DNA from: Candidatus Bathyarchaeota archaeon
GTDB lineage: Archaea; Thermoproteota; Bathyarchaeia; Bathyarchaeales; DTEX01
Length of the DNA stretch: 64,000 nt
Assembly: GCA_963714275.1 (NCBI GenBank)
Contig: CAVQNT010000006.1
Span: 192,001 to 256,000 of the forward strand
Reading direction: 5' to 3'
Of this stretch, positions 49,612 to 61,660 are shown piece by piece; position 1 is the stretch's first letter, and every line of letters begins with the position of its first letter. Made by a program: the position numbers and the translations under genes. The notes beneath the pieces are model-generated. The model was not told where the DNA came from. It did not search any database and saw only the letters and a list, made by a program, of their open reading frames with translations.

Positions 49612-50176
49612 ATGCACATAGCAATTTGCGGAGAATTAGGCTCAGGATGCACCGAAGTAGGTCAGATACTTTCTGAAATGCTTGGAATAAAAGTCATTAA
49701 CTCAGCTACCGTCATAAAAAGTATAGTGACTGATTTTGGAGCCGTCAATCCCGGCGAGTCTTTTGGTGAATTTGAAAGGCACGTGCTTTCAGGCGAGGTG
49801 GATTTGGACAAGATGATTGCGGGCGAAATTGATGATTTTTTGGAACAGGGCGACACAATAGTGGAAGGTCGGTCAGCGTTTATGCTCCTAAGAAAACCCG
49901 GAGTCTTGAAGGTTCTTTTAGTTTCCCCGCTTGAAACAAGAGTTGAGCACATAGCGAAGAGACGAAAAATATTCATCGACGAAGCTTAAAGAGGCTATTC
50001 GGGTAAGCGACAGTGAAAGGCAACACATGGTTGACAAACTGTTTAAAAGCAACTGGCTTGACCCGCACAATTACGATTTAATTATCAACACTGGCTTAAG
50101 AAGCCATAAGGAAGCTGCAGAACAAATATACGATGACGTAAAAAAGAAAAAGGCTGCTTCTTCAAGTCCCTTGTAA
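49612..50176 (+). CDS. Cytidylate kinase-like protein (frameshifted)
   Basis: ICGELGSG, VEGR, C-terminal YDLIINT in the shifted frame. Confidence 0.75.
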
Positions 50177-50233
50177 CGTATAATCCCTTTTTTCAGTTAA
50201 AAACAAATATGCAATGTCCATTGATGACCAAAT

Positions 50234-50999
50234 ATGGTTTATTATGTAACTTATAGACCTCCGCTTGACCTAGAAATCCGTAGACAAGTAGAGGAACAAC
50301 TCAATACCTTGGGCGGCAGGCAGATACACGGGTCTTTCTGGGCAATCAGCAAACGGGACTTGTTGGCAGTTAGAACCGTCCTCCAGAAACTTTCACCTTT
50401 ACTTCTGAGAAGAACGCGCGAAATAAGGAAGCCGGACCTTGCGAACGGAAAAGAGCAGAAAGAACTTGGCAGCCTCATCATCATAGCATACAAAGCCACC
50501 AAAGACATGAAGAAGGAAAAAGTGAGAAACTGGCTTAGGAGAGCGCCATGTTTACGTTTAAGCCCCGGAGTGTATGCGTTTCCGCAGCGGCGGTTCTTTG
50601 ACAAGACTGGAAGGCTTGTGAATGCTGGCAGCTTCTGGGAGCTGAGTTCGACAGTTCGATGAAGACGCAGTCATAATTCCTCGGCTGGTCGTCGTTAACA
50701 CAAAGGCTGTTGACAGACTCATAGACGAAACTGGAAGGCGGGTCGTAAAGGAGACAATAAAAATCATTGAAGGATACAAAACTTTATTTAAAAAGGCAAT
50801 TCAAGACGACGTTAATAGGCAACATATGGTGGAAATTGCACGAAGGATCAGAAGAAGGTTCGTGACCTTAAAAAAAGTTGCCGCCATCTACGAGGAATGG
50901 CTGAAACTGGACCTTGGTTCAACGGTGATGAAGCCTTATCCTGCAATGAGGAAAGTCCGCTTAATGCTCGAAGAGAAATACGGCACACCCAGTTGGTGA
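50234..50999 (+). CDS. Hypothetical protein with two Cas2/PaaX/ChrB-like repeats (frameshifted)
   Basis: YYVTY..RRQVEEQLNTLGGRQIHGSFW and IIAY..KEKVRNWLRRAPCLRLSPGVY, then a helical tail. Confidence 0.55.
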
Positions 51000-51221
51000 A
51001 AAGCAGCCTTGTTTTTTCATCATGCCATTTTCGTAGCAATTTCGTGTCCTTTGACTTCGTCTTTCAGGAATCGACCGATGAACATTCAACGATATAAACC
51101 TTCATACTTGGTGTGGAAGGGCTTACTTTATGGTTTATATAGTTTATTTTTTAAATTCAGTGTTAATAATACACCAATAGAAACGTTATGTAGCTACTGA
51201 ATTTTGTGGGAAGGTTGCATC

Positions 51222-52560
51222 ATGAAACATTATGACGTTGTCGTGATCGGTGCAGGAACCGGAGGGTGCATGACCGCTAAAACAGCTGCTTCAGCGGGAC
51301 TCAAGGTTTGCTTGGTTGACAGAAAAGACAGAAACTCGATTGGGCAAAAAGTCTGCGGCGATGCCGTTGGGAGACACCATTTTGACAACCTAGGCTTAGC
51401 GTATCCGGCTGGGCAAGAGAAGGAAGGCGACATTTCGGGAATAAACATTTTTTCTCCCGACCAACAAACAGCGTTCAGAATTACTGGAGAAGGGCTAACG
51501 GGATTCATGATTAACCGTTACCTTTTTGGACAGAGGCTTTTAAGATACGCCTTGGACGCGGGAGCTGAACTGTTCGATTCAACTCATGTTTTGGAGCCAA
51601 TCGTCGAAAAAGGATACGTTAAAGGCGTTGAGACGCGAAGCCTAAAAGACGAAACAAAAACCAAACTAACAGGCACGGTCACAGTAGACGCAAGCGGCGT
51701 ATCAGCCATTGTTCGAGGCAAGCTGCCACCAGAGGTTGGGTTAGAAAACAACGTCCAAAGCGAAGACATGATAGTCTGTTACAGGGAAATACGCAAAATA
51801 AAGAAGAAAGTCGAAGAACCCGACTATTGCGAGATTTTCTTGGACCTTGAGAAGGCGCCAGGCGGCTATTACTGGATTTTCCCAGAAGGCGAAACAAAAG
51901 TTAACGTTGGACTCGGAGTCGCTGCTCTGAAGGGGCATCCAAATCCCAAAGACAAACTATACAAGCATGTTCTCACGATGCCCATGTTTGAAGGCTCCAC
52001 GGTCACCCATGGCGGAGGAGGCATAGTCCCAACAAGGAGACCCCTCTATTCTCTCGTCGGAAACGGCGTAGTCCTCGTTGGCGACACGGGCTGCCAAGTC
52101 AACCCCATTCACGGCGGAGGAATCGGTCCCTCAATGATGGGCGGAAAAATCAGCTGCTGAAGTCATCACCGAAGTTCTAGAAAAAAGTCAGCCTACCTGC
52201 GAAGCTTTGTGGTTAGTTAACGTCCGTTTCATGAACGGCTACGGGAGCAAGCAGGCGGGGTTGGACGTTTTCCGTTTGTTCCTTCAGGGATTGTCCAACG
52301 ATGACCTGAATTACGGAATGAGGTACCGCCTAATCAAAGAAGAAGACGTTTTAAGGGCAAGCTTGGGCGAAGAAATCAAGTTGAACGTGACGGACACAAC
52401 TCGGCGAGTCTTCAATGGGCTGGGCAGGCTGTCATTCCTGAAGGCATTGTATAGTATGAAGAAGACAGTCAAGAGAGCAAAAACTCTATACAAAGAATAC
52501 CCAAGTTCACCCCAAGGACTACAAAAATGGAAAACACAAGCTGCGAAGATATTCGTATAA
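51222..52560 (+). CDS. Geranylgeranyl reductase family (digeranylgeranylglycerophospholipid reductase-like), frameshifted
   Basis: GAGTGG, KVCGD, PGGYYWIFP, GDTGCQVNPIHGGGI. Confidence 0.9.
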
Positions 52561-52816
52561 AATTCCTTCACATACAACTGCCACCGCCTGCATATGTTTG
52601 TACCCCAAAACAACAGAATGGATACGATATAAAAAAGACAAGTCTTAGACAATATTGTTTGTTGTTTTATTGCATATTCGGATAATTAATAAATCAGAAA
52701 TAGTATCAATAAAAAGTCCATAATCTAAAAAAACCTACTCAGACATTGAAAATGCAGAAAACAGAATTCTGTTATTTTTTTATATATCTATTGTGTTTAT
52801 TTTTTAGGGATCCAGA

Positions 52817-53709
52817 TTGAGGGTCAGAAGAGCTTCAGCTTGGGGATTTCACCCTTTCGACCATGAAGGAGAACGAAGTGAGGTAGAACGGTGTTTCAAG
52901 TCGAAGCAAGGCGTCGGCGAGCTGCCCAAAGCTTCCATGCATGGAGAGAGACGAATAATCGGAGCCGTGGTCCCTCACGCGGGATTAACTTACTCAGGAC
53001 CGATTGCTGCACACACCTACTATGAACTGGGGAAGGACGGAACCCCAGAAACCTTCGTCATCGTTGGAGTAAACCACAGAGGCTACCCGGGCTTTAACAT
53101 TATGCTTGAGGGAGTATGGCGGATGCCCATGGGCGACGTAGAAGTGGACTCGGACCTTGCGAAAGAAATAGCCCGAAATTCAGGGTTCATGGACATCAAC
53201 CCGGACGCCCATGACGAGGAGCACTCCATCGAGGTTCACTGCCATTTCTCCAATACGTCTACGGCGGAAACTTCAAAATTGTCCCAATAACCGTGGGCTA
53301 TGGAGATTACGAAATGTGCAAAGACGTTGGCAACGCAATAGCAAAAGCGGTCAAGAACAAACAAAAAGACGTTGTCGTGATTGGAAGCACCGACTTCATT
53401 CATTACGGACCTAACTATGGTTACGCTCCTGTCGGAATGAAGCCTTTTGAGAAAGCACTGAAATGGATGAACGACGCGGACAAATCCATCATTGACACGA
53501 TACTAGCGCTTGACGCAGAGAAACTGGTCAACCTTGTCCAAGAAAAGGGCTACACGATGTGTGGTTCTCTTCCAGTCGCCACAATGATGGTCGCAACCAA
53601 GGAACTATGCGCAAAAGAAGCTAGGCTCCTCAAGTACGGAACAGACTACGACACAGGCGGAAGCACAGACCTCATCGTGGGATATGCATCCATCGTCATA
53701 TTAAAGTAA
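52817..53709 (+). CDS. MEMO1/AmmeMemoRadiSam protein B (frameshifted)
   Basis: PHAGLTYSG, EHSIEV, STDFIHYG, TMCG, VGYAS. Confidence 0.9.
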
Positions 53710-53733
53710 AAAAAGCAAAAAGACAAAAACGCT

Positions 53734-54943
53734 TCAGCAGACAGGCATTTTTCCCATGGCAAGGTCCATGCAGAATTTGTCTATGTTTTCAAGCTCGTAG
53801 TCGACGACTTTTTCGGCTTCCTTCCTAATCTTTTCAAAAGCTGCACGGTTATCTGGGATTAGCTGCACAGCCGCAACTGCGGGCTGGTCAATAGGTTGCC
53901 CTATTTTGCTCAACAACCAAACATAAACTTCCTTCACGCCTGGAACCTGCTGATGAACCTCGTTCGCCATCCGATGAGTCAAAAGATTATAGATTTTCCC
54001 CACATGACTAACAGGATTCTTCCCAGCCGCAGCCTCAGAACATTGAGGTCTGTTAAGCGAAATTAATCCATTTACTCTGTTTCCTCTTCCTACTTGTCCT
54101 GAGTCGACTCCGTCTGCGCTTGTACCGAGTACAGTTAAGTAGATTCCGTCTATGCCTCTGCCGGGAGTGTCTAAGGTGTTCAGCTGCACCTGTATCTTGG
54201 CAAAGTTATTGTTTTCTTTAACGAACTGAGTTATGCGTTCGAGAATTTCGCCTTTCTTCCCGAAATATTGTTTTTCGTCATCGATGAAACGGTCAACGAA
54301 AGCTATGGAGATTATCGAGCTCCAATTCATCGTCTTTCCGGAGACCCATCACCTTAACATCCTCCCCGGACTCAGGAAACCTCTTCTTAAACTCTTTTGA
54401 GTTCACGTAATTCTCCGTTTTAAATACAGCCATCTCCGTCTTAGTCAGTGGTGCCCATCCTACAGCCGCCGAAGTATCATTCGCTTCGAGGACCTTTCCG
54501 CCTCTTCTGAAAATGTCTGTGAGCGCAGATGAACCGGGCCGAATCTCCACCTGATAAACCACGTGCTTGCTGGGGTCCACGAACCTCAGGTTTTTCTTAA
54601 GCCAGTCTTTCGCTGTCTGAACCGCGATTTCTTCAACGGGGATTTCGTCTCCGTCCACTTTATAGGTTGCTCTGTCTCCGAAAATCAGCTTCATCGGCTT
54701 CTTCATTACGCCACCTTTGAACCGTGTTTCAACCTCTCCAGCTACCAAGAGAGACTTGTCTATGTTGTGATGCAGTATGGTTCCCGCTTTTTTGAGGTAT
54801 TCTTTGCTCAGGCTGACTGAAACCTCGTTCATTATGCTGTCGCACATTGTGTCTGGGTGTCCGAGTCCCTTTCGCTCAACCACCTCAATCCTCTGATTTT
54901 GTAACGGGACCTGTTTTAAAGCTGCAACGATTATGTTCCTCAT
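53734..54943 (-). CDS. mat: Archaeal S-adenosylmethionine synthetase (frameshifted)
   Basis: VERKGLGHPD, HHNIDK, ANDTS, GEDVKVM, GRGNR, AGKNPVSHVGKIYN. Confidence 0.95.
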
Positions 54944-55136
54944 TGAAGATTCACCAATCCAATTTTCCATGAGATAATAACTTCTTTAAATATATATTTT
55001 ACGGAATAAAAACTTCATGAAACATGCATTATTATATATTTATCTTTCGTGTTTATCAAGAAATAGCTCTGACCAACAGAAAAGCTGATATGAACATAAC
55101 GCATATACACCATATAAAATAACTGGGGGTTATTGT

Positions 55137-55695
55137 TTGCCCATTACTGGTTCCCTATTGAAGAAGAAACGGCTCGTATCAAATTTAACGCAAAGTCAAC
55201 TGGCAAAGTTGGTCGGAGTGTCACAGGCTCACATATCGAAGATAGAAGGCGAAAAAGTTGACCCAAGACTGTCCACGGTGAACAAAATATTAGAAATTCT
55301 CGAGGGCGGAAAAGGACGAAAATGCGGAGAAATCATGACCCGAGACGTAATCACCACTCACCCAAAGGACAGGATTCAGGAAGCAAGCGAAACCATGGTT
55401 AGACACGCCGTTTCCCAATTACCAATCGTCGAAGATGGAAGAGTCGTCGGCATGATTACTGAAGAGGCAATCGTGAAAAATTTAGATCCGAACATCAGCT
55501 AATGAACATATTGAAAACATCATGGAGCCGCCTCTTCCTAGCGTACCAGAAGACACAGACATGACAATGATAAGACCTTTACTTGAAAAGAACTCCGGAG
55601 TTTTAGTAACTAAACAAGGAAAACTGGTCGGCATTATAACCCGTTCAGACCTGTTAAAGGTTATTTCAAGTATAGTTTCTGGAACTGTAACATAG
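55137..55695 (+). CDS. XRE HTH + CBS-pair transcriptional regulator (frameshifted)
   Basis: LTQSQLAKLVGVSQAHISKIE..VDPRLST followed by CBS motifs. Confidence 0.88.
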
Positions 55696-55788
55696 TTTCA
55701 GGTTGCGTCAAGTCTATTTTTTGGTTTCACAATTACTTTTTTTTAAAATCATAATGAAGACGTCTAAATTAACCCTCGTTGTAGCTTC

Positions 55789-57484
55789 CTAGCCTATGTA
55801 CTTGTTGACTATAGGCATCTTCCATCCGATTCCGAAAGCCTGTTTTGTGATTTTTATGCAAGGAACCGCCTGCCACCTTTTGTATTCAGTCCTTCTTATT
55901 CTTCTATAAACGTCATCGACCACGGTTTCGGGATAACCCTTCTCGACCAGTTCTTTTCTGCTTCTATGATGTTCGATTATTTCGTCAACCATGGGGCTGA
56001 CAACATCAAAGTCGAAAGGATCAAACTGACTTTCTTTTAGCTCAGGCGACGGCTTTTTATTAAACACATTCTCAGGAATCACTTTTCGACCAGCCTTTTC
56101 ATTAACATATTCAGCGAGTTGTAAACATCGAGCTTACTCACATCCCCAAGTGCCCCCAACCCGCCAGCCATGTCTCCGTAAAGTGTACAGTATCCCAACG
56201 CAAGTTCAGTTTTGTTTCCCGTGTTTAACACTAAAATTCTCAAAGATTTCAGACGGTTCGAAACATCCATGAGGCAGTTTCCTCTTGCCCTAGGCTGGAT
56301 GTTTTCGTCTGCAATCGGGTCATCCTCTAATTTGTCAACTCCAAAATGTTTTCTAATCGCTTCAAGGGGTTCCTCAAGCGTCCTTTTATAGCTCTCAACA
56401 ATAGCCTGTACTGGAAATTTGATGAAACAGATTCCCAGATTGTTCGCTAGCTTTTCCGCATCAGTCTTGCTGTGTTCACTTGAAAACTTCGACGGCATAG
56501 AAACGCCAATGACGTTTTCTCCACCCAAGGCTTCAACCGCTATACAAGTTGTCAATGACGAATCGATTCCGCCACTCATTCCCACAACGGCTTTCTTAAA
56601 ACCAGTTTTTCTATAATAGTCACGAATACCCAATACTAACGCGTTGAATTTTTCTTCTTCTCCGTTGTATTTTGGAATACTTACTTCTGATGCTGTCCAG
56701 TTTTCTGGGTCAATCTGGACGGTCACTATGTCCTCTTGGAATTGTTTACCAAACGCAATAAAGTTTCCCTCAGCGTCCACAGCCAGGCTTTGCCCATCAA
56801 AAACAAGTTCGTCTTGACCGCCAACAAGGTTAACATATACTATAGGGACATGCAGTTTTTGGGCTTTTTCTTTTAACAGTTTTTCGCGTTCAAAATTTTT
56901 TCCACCGTAGAAGGGTGATGCTGAAATATTGACAATCAACTGTGCTCCACGTTCAACAAGAATGTCAGTTACTTTTATTCTGTATTCTTGGTCCCACAGG
57001 TCTTCGCAGATTTCAACACCGAGCTTGACTTTCTACCATTTATGAGTACTTCAACTGGTTTGATATCTTCTTCCTTATTAGGCGTGAAATATCTGTCCTC
57101 ATCAAAAACATCATAGGTCGGTAACAATGTCTTGTAAACAACGCCAGCTAAATTATGTCCCTGAAAAACTGCTGCAGCATTGAACAAGTTTCCGTTTAGG
57201 TCTTGGTCAACAAAACCAACAATAATGATTTCATTGGAGTTTTCTGAAATAATCTTATTTACTAATTTTCTGTTCTCTTCGATAAATGTTTTTTCAAACA
57301 AGAGATCCTGAGGCGGATAACCTGTGACCGCAAGTTCAGGAAAAATAACAATGTCAGCCCCATATTTTAGAGCATTATCCAAGAATTTTTTCATTTTTTG
57401 TACGTTACCAGTCAAGTCGCCTACTGTTGAATTAATTTGAACCATTCCTACTTTCAATTGATTTTGGATTTCAGTAACCTCCAT
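55789..57484 (-). CDS. nadE: Glutamine-dependent NAD+ synthetase (frameshifted)
   Basis: Nitrilase domain (FPEL..GYPPQDL, YDVFDE) plus SGGIDS, ENIQPR, TGNKTE..GYCTLYGD. Confidence 0.93.
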
Positions 57485-57560
57485 TCATCATTGCTTATTT
57501 CGATAAATAGGAGACTGCCATATTTATCAGGTTTATTAGTAGTTATTGGTTGCCTAAAAT

Positions 57561-58501
57561 TCATGATGCGTAAACAGTCTGGATTATCAGTATTACTAAA
57601 TAGATGACGAATAAAATGATTCCATGCTTTTTCGTAAGTTTTCTTTTTGTGTTTGCTACTAGGAAGAAAAGTGTCATAGTCATGAAAATCATCGGTACCA
57701 TGGATATGAGCAGCTCTCTTGGCGAAATGTAAAATGGATTAAGTATGCCCGTTATTCCAAGTACCACAAATATTGTGAACATGTTGTCTCCTAACGAGTT
57801 GCTCACGCATATGCTTCCATGTCCTTTATGCGCAGCGACGATTGATACTGAAATTTCTGGAAGCACTGATCCTAGTGCCATGATCGTAAGTGCAACATAA
57901 AACTTCGAAATACCAAGGATCTCAGCAAAGCTTAGGGAAGACATGACGATCATTACGCAGCCTACAAGTAGAAAACTTCCTCCAAGAAGAAAGTTAAAAA
58001 TTATCTCCCTGTTGCTTTTGGAGCATTTTGTTTCTTCCACAGATATTTCATCATGGTTGTTGCCCCATTTTATAACGTATACTACATAGGCAACATAGCA
58101 AATCAACAACACTGCGCCCTTCCACGCATTCATCTGTCCGTCTATGACGAGAAGGGTTGAAAACAGTTCTGCTATAAGTAATGTCAAACAGACTTTTTTG
58201 GCAAATTTTTCATAGCTTAAAACAGTGAACAATGCAGGTAAGCCAATGGCAAGTGGAATATTGTGTATGTTGGTTCCTACTAGGTTTCCAAAACCTATGC
58301 TTGCAGATTCGTAGTAAACGCTATACACAGTTGAAAAAGCTCTGGTATCGCGGTTATTAAGGAAAAGAAAATAGCGCCCACTGCTACACCAGTTAAAACA
58401 AACTTAGAGGCTATGTCGTTTCCAGAGTGTTCAGTTCTCTTGCTCCCATGGAATATCAGCAAGAGTCCAGCTACGAATAGAATAATATCCAGCGCCAACA
58501 T
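57561..58501 (-). CDS. Ca2+/cation (YrbG-like) antiporter (frameshifted)
   Basis: TAIPE / GNLVGTNIHN and SVLPE / SNSLGDNMF alpha repeats. Confidence 0.88.
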
Positions 58502-58525
58502 AAACGGCTAAGTCCTCCCCTATCT

Positions 58526-60075
58526 TCATTTCACCGATTTTCCTCTTGGTTCCTTGCCAGGATAGGGTAATAGAGCGGAAGGTGCTGTTCTCGAGTTTAT
58601 CACGAAGTAGTGTGACACCCACTATCGCCCATACTACAGTACCTGCTATTGCCACGAATGCTGCCCATTGAGTCATACCGCCACCAAGAATACCGAGCCA
58701 GATGACAGCGATCAGCATCGCTATGTTGGTTGCAGCGCCGAGGTTGGGGATTATCCTGCGAATGAAAACTGAACCGCGTTCTTTGGCTAAGGCAAAGAAA
58801 GCCACAGCATTAGTCAACCCGTAAAGCAAGAAAGTTCCAACATTTGATAAGTAGGGTGACTGCGGTTAAGTTGGCAATGGAAAGTACACCGAATCCTCCT
58901 ATAACCGCTGACACGACTGTTAGCATCGCCACGCACATGTGTGGAGTGCCACGCTTGGAATGCAATTTGCCAAATGCTCGAGGTAGTTCACCTTCAAGAC
59001 CCATCGCGTAGGAAACTCGAACCCCTGTGTTCGTGCAAGCAAGAGTAGTACCTAAGATTGCAGCTGCGACTGCTACGGCTACGACCAACATAAGTTCGAG
59101 ACCATGACCACCTAAGAGGACATCTCCTAGGGTACGAACCATGTCCCCCATGGGAGCACTTGACCGTGCAGCTGCAGCGAATCCAGTATAAGTCTGACCG
59201 TTAACGACTACCTTGTAGCTATCGTTAATCCAAGCTTGGGATCCAAAGTACTCGAAGAGATAAAAAAGCAGTCCTTGAATGACTAATGCGAGTATCACAC
59301 CGCGAGAGACATCGCTGGGTTTTTTGGCTTCCGCCATTAGAGCAGTGGCTGATTCGAATCCGACAAGGACCAGGATAGCGATGGACGCTTGAAAAAGCAC
59401 ATGACTGGCGTCGTGAGGTAATATGATAGCGCTAGGGTCTGAAAAAATGAAGGTCACTTGTTGCGGGTTTGCAAAACGGTAAATTAACGCTAATACTGTT
59501 ACACCCACAATCATGATCCACTGCACAACATTGAGAGTCACATTCACGATGGTCGATGCGTTAATTCCACGATAGGCTATGAAGCCTGCTAAAACCGAAA
59601 ATGCCACTGCAATGCCTATTTGAAGAACGGGAGAGACCGTAAAACCGAACGTTTGCAGGATGAAGGAGAGGAAAACAGCCATAAAAGCAACCATTACACC
59701 CGGATAGATCCAATAATAGAGGTGAGAAAGCCAGCCGAGAGTAAACTTCGCCATACGTGCAGTCTTACCGCTAGTACCTCTATCGAGGAACGCCTTAACA
59801 GTAAAAGTATACGAACTGCCAGTGCCAGTATCAGGGTAACGGCGTGCCAGCATCGCATATGAAGCAGCAGTCAGAAATGAAATGACCAAAGCCGCTACTA
59901 GCCCGAACCACATGTCAGGCGCCGTTGATGCTCCAGTAGGATCTGTCTGAGCTGCTTGAACTTGGTAGGTTATCCACAGAAATGCGCCTGGTGCGATTAG
60001 TGCCATAGCGTTCATGGTTACGCCTACGAGTCCTAGGGTCTTCTTCATGCCTGCGCTGGTTTCATTCTGGCTCAT
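58526..60075 (-). CDS. APC-family amino acid permease (frameshifted)
   Basis: Multi-TM protein with GSSY, LVGFES, RVSYAMG..GELP..F...H..TPH. Confidence 0.9.
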
Positions 60076-60345
60076 TCGAGGTTCACCGCATGATCATCTC
60101 TGGTCGTTAAACGTCTCAGAAATTTGGTTTGTTTCGTCTGGTTTACACTTACAACCTATTCTTCTAGATGCAGATCTTCCCTTGTTTTCTTTCTTGACAA
60201 CAAGGTGTAATCAAGAAATGCTAAAGTTAATGAAGTCACGCCTACACCTATAATGAATAGAGTTGTTAGGTCAAACATTTTTTATTCACCAATCTGATTT
60301 TCCTATTTTTCTTTTCCACTGCATTCAATATTTCATTAGTTACAC

Positions 60346-60359
60346 TGAATAATTATTCA
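60346..60359. promoter_or_regulatory. Palindromic operator candidate TGAATAATTATTCA
   Basis: Perfect 14-bp palindrome upstream of the APC permease; near-copy at 61566-61579. Confidence 0.5.
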
Positions 60360-60436
60360 TCAATATAAACCTAATTGTGAAATTTTCATAAAGATTATGA
60401 AAAAATATGAATAAAAAAAGTTCCAAAAAAAGTGAA

Positions 60437-60982
60437 TTACTTACTTTTAGCCGTAATTCTTATTTTTGCGATATTTTCCTTTATCTCAACCTTTAAACCC
60501 GTAACTGAAAGAAATTCCTCAATAAACATCTTAACAAATTTCCTAGTTATTTCAGATCCCAAAACCAATGTGAAATCATTTTCCGAGTTTTTGGTTAATC
60601 TGAAGAAGTTACAGGTTTCCAAGCGTTTTAAAAGATCTTCTAGGGAACTAACTTTGTGTCTGAGTTGTTCCGCATGGGACCTGGCTACTTCTCTGTGCTT
60701 TTGCCAAAAGTACTCTTTTTCGGGCGAGGATTCGACAAGATTTAGAAAGAGAAGCCAGTGATCAACATCTAAAATTACGTGTTCGCCTGAAAGAAGCATA
60801 TCCATGTAACAATGAAGCTTCTCTTTGTTTTCAGGGTCAACCAGCGCTTTATTTTCCTGATAAGACCGCAGAGCTTTCCTTACCAATTCACTCTGAGAAG
60901 TTCTCATCTCCATAACCAAATTCTCGAATAGAGTGTTCGTCTCGCTGTCCAATGCGACTGTTACTCTCTTCGGGTTCCTCAT
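60437..60982 (-). CDS. Ribbon-helix-helix (CopG) regulator with C-terminal V4R-like/ligand domain
   Basis: KRVTVALD...SQSELVRKAL; the C-terminal domain assignment is tentative. Confidence 0.8.
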   Translation of the reverse strand: MRNPKRVTVALDSETNTLFENLVMEMRTSQSELVRKALRSYQENKALVDPENKEKLHCYMDMLLSGEHVILDVDHWLLFLNLVESSPEKEYFWQKHREVARSHAEQLRHKVSSLEDLLKRLETCNFFRLTKNSENDFTLVLGSEITRKFVKMFIEEFLSVTGLKVEIKENIAKIRITAKSK

Positions 60983-61068
60983 TGCAAAGCACTCATAGAT
61001 TGACTGAATCCGCATTTCTCTGGGTTTTTTGTAAAAACCGCCTTCTGCCTTACATTTTGTTATTTCTT

Positions 61069-61533
61069 TCAGACATTGGCTCTGAAATCTTCTTTAACTA
61101 CATTCAGGACAACGTTCGTCACAGTTCTTTTGATGTAAGGCATCGCCAAAAGGTTCTTAACAAAGCTGTTCATGTCCACTCTGTCTTTAAATCTGACCAC
61201 TACGGCAATATCAAAGTCGCCAGTGATATCATAGACACACAAAGCGTTGTCTGACTTGGCTATCTCTTTTTCGACATCAACAAGATGGGTTCCTTCAGCC
61301 TGAATCAACACAATAGCGGTCATCGTGAAGCCAAGTTTAAAAGGATCCACTAGTACTGTGTAACCCTTTAACGCGCCTTTATCCTCAAGATTTTTTATAC
61401 GATTATACGCTGTTCCCACAGATATTCCTAATTTACCCGCAATTTTGTTGAAGCTCAGCCGGGAATCTTTCTGTAGAAGCCTGATGATTTCAATGTCCGT
61501 GTCATCATACTTTTCTATCGATGCTGTTGTCAA
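61069..61533 (-). CDS. Lrp/AsnC transcriptional regulator
   Basis: DIEIIRLLQKDSRLSF..IAGKLGISVGT HTH plus YDITGDFD RAM domain. Confidence 0.95.
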   Translation of the reverse strand: MTTASIEKYDDTDIEIIRLLQKDSRLSFNKIAGKLGISVGTAYNRIKNLEDKGALKGYTVLVDPFKLGFTMTAIVLIQAEGTHLVDVEKEIAKSDNALCVYDITGDFDIAVVVRFKDRVDMNSFVKNLLAMPYIKRTVTNVVLNVVKEDFRANV

Positions 61534-61565
61534 ATTTCATCACGCCCGATGCATGCTATACCACG

Positions 61566-61610
61566 TGAATGTTTATTCAATAATTGGATGAATATTTAAA
61601 TATTTTCATC
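61566..61610. promoter_or_regulatory. Palindromes in the Lrp/glnA divergent promoter
   Basis: TGAATGTTTATTCA 61566-61579 and GATGAA-TATTTAAATATT-TTCATC 61587-61610. Confidence 0.5.
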
Positions 61611-61660
61611 ATTTCGGCGAAAGATTTATATATGTTTCATGTAAATTGAGAACGCATTGA

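Noticed and set aside
52817-53709. Complete AmmeMemoRadiSam system
   Set aside because: Only the MEMO1 component is present; no AMMECR1 or radical SAM gene is adjacent.
60076-60300. Riboswitch upstream of the APC permease
   Set aside because: Only one inverted repeat is visible and I recognise no known aptamer consensus; a covariance-model search would be needed.
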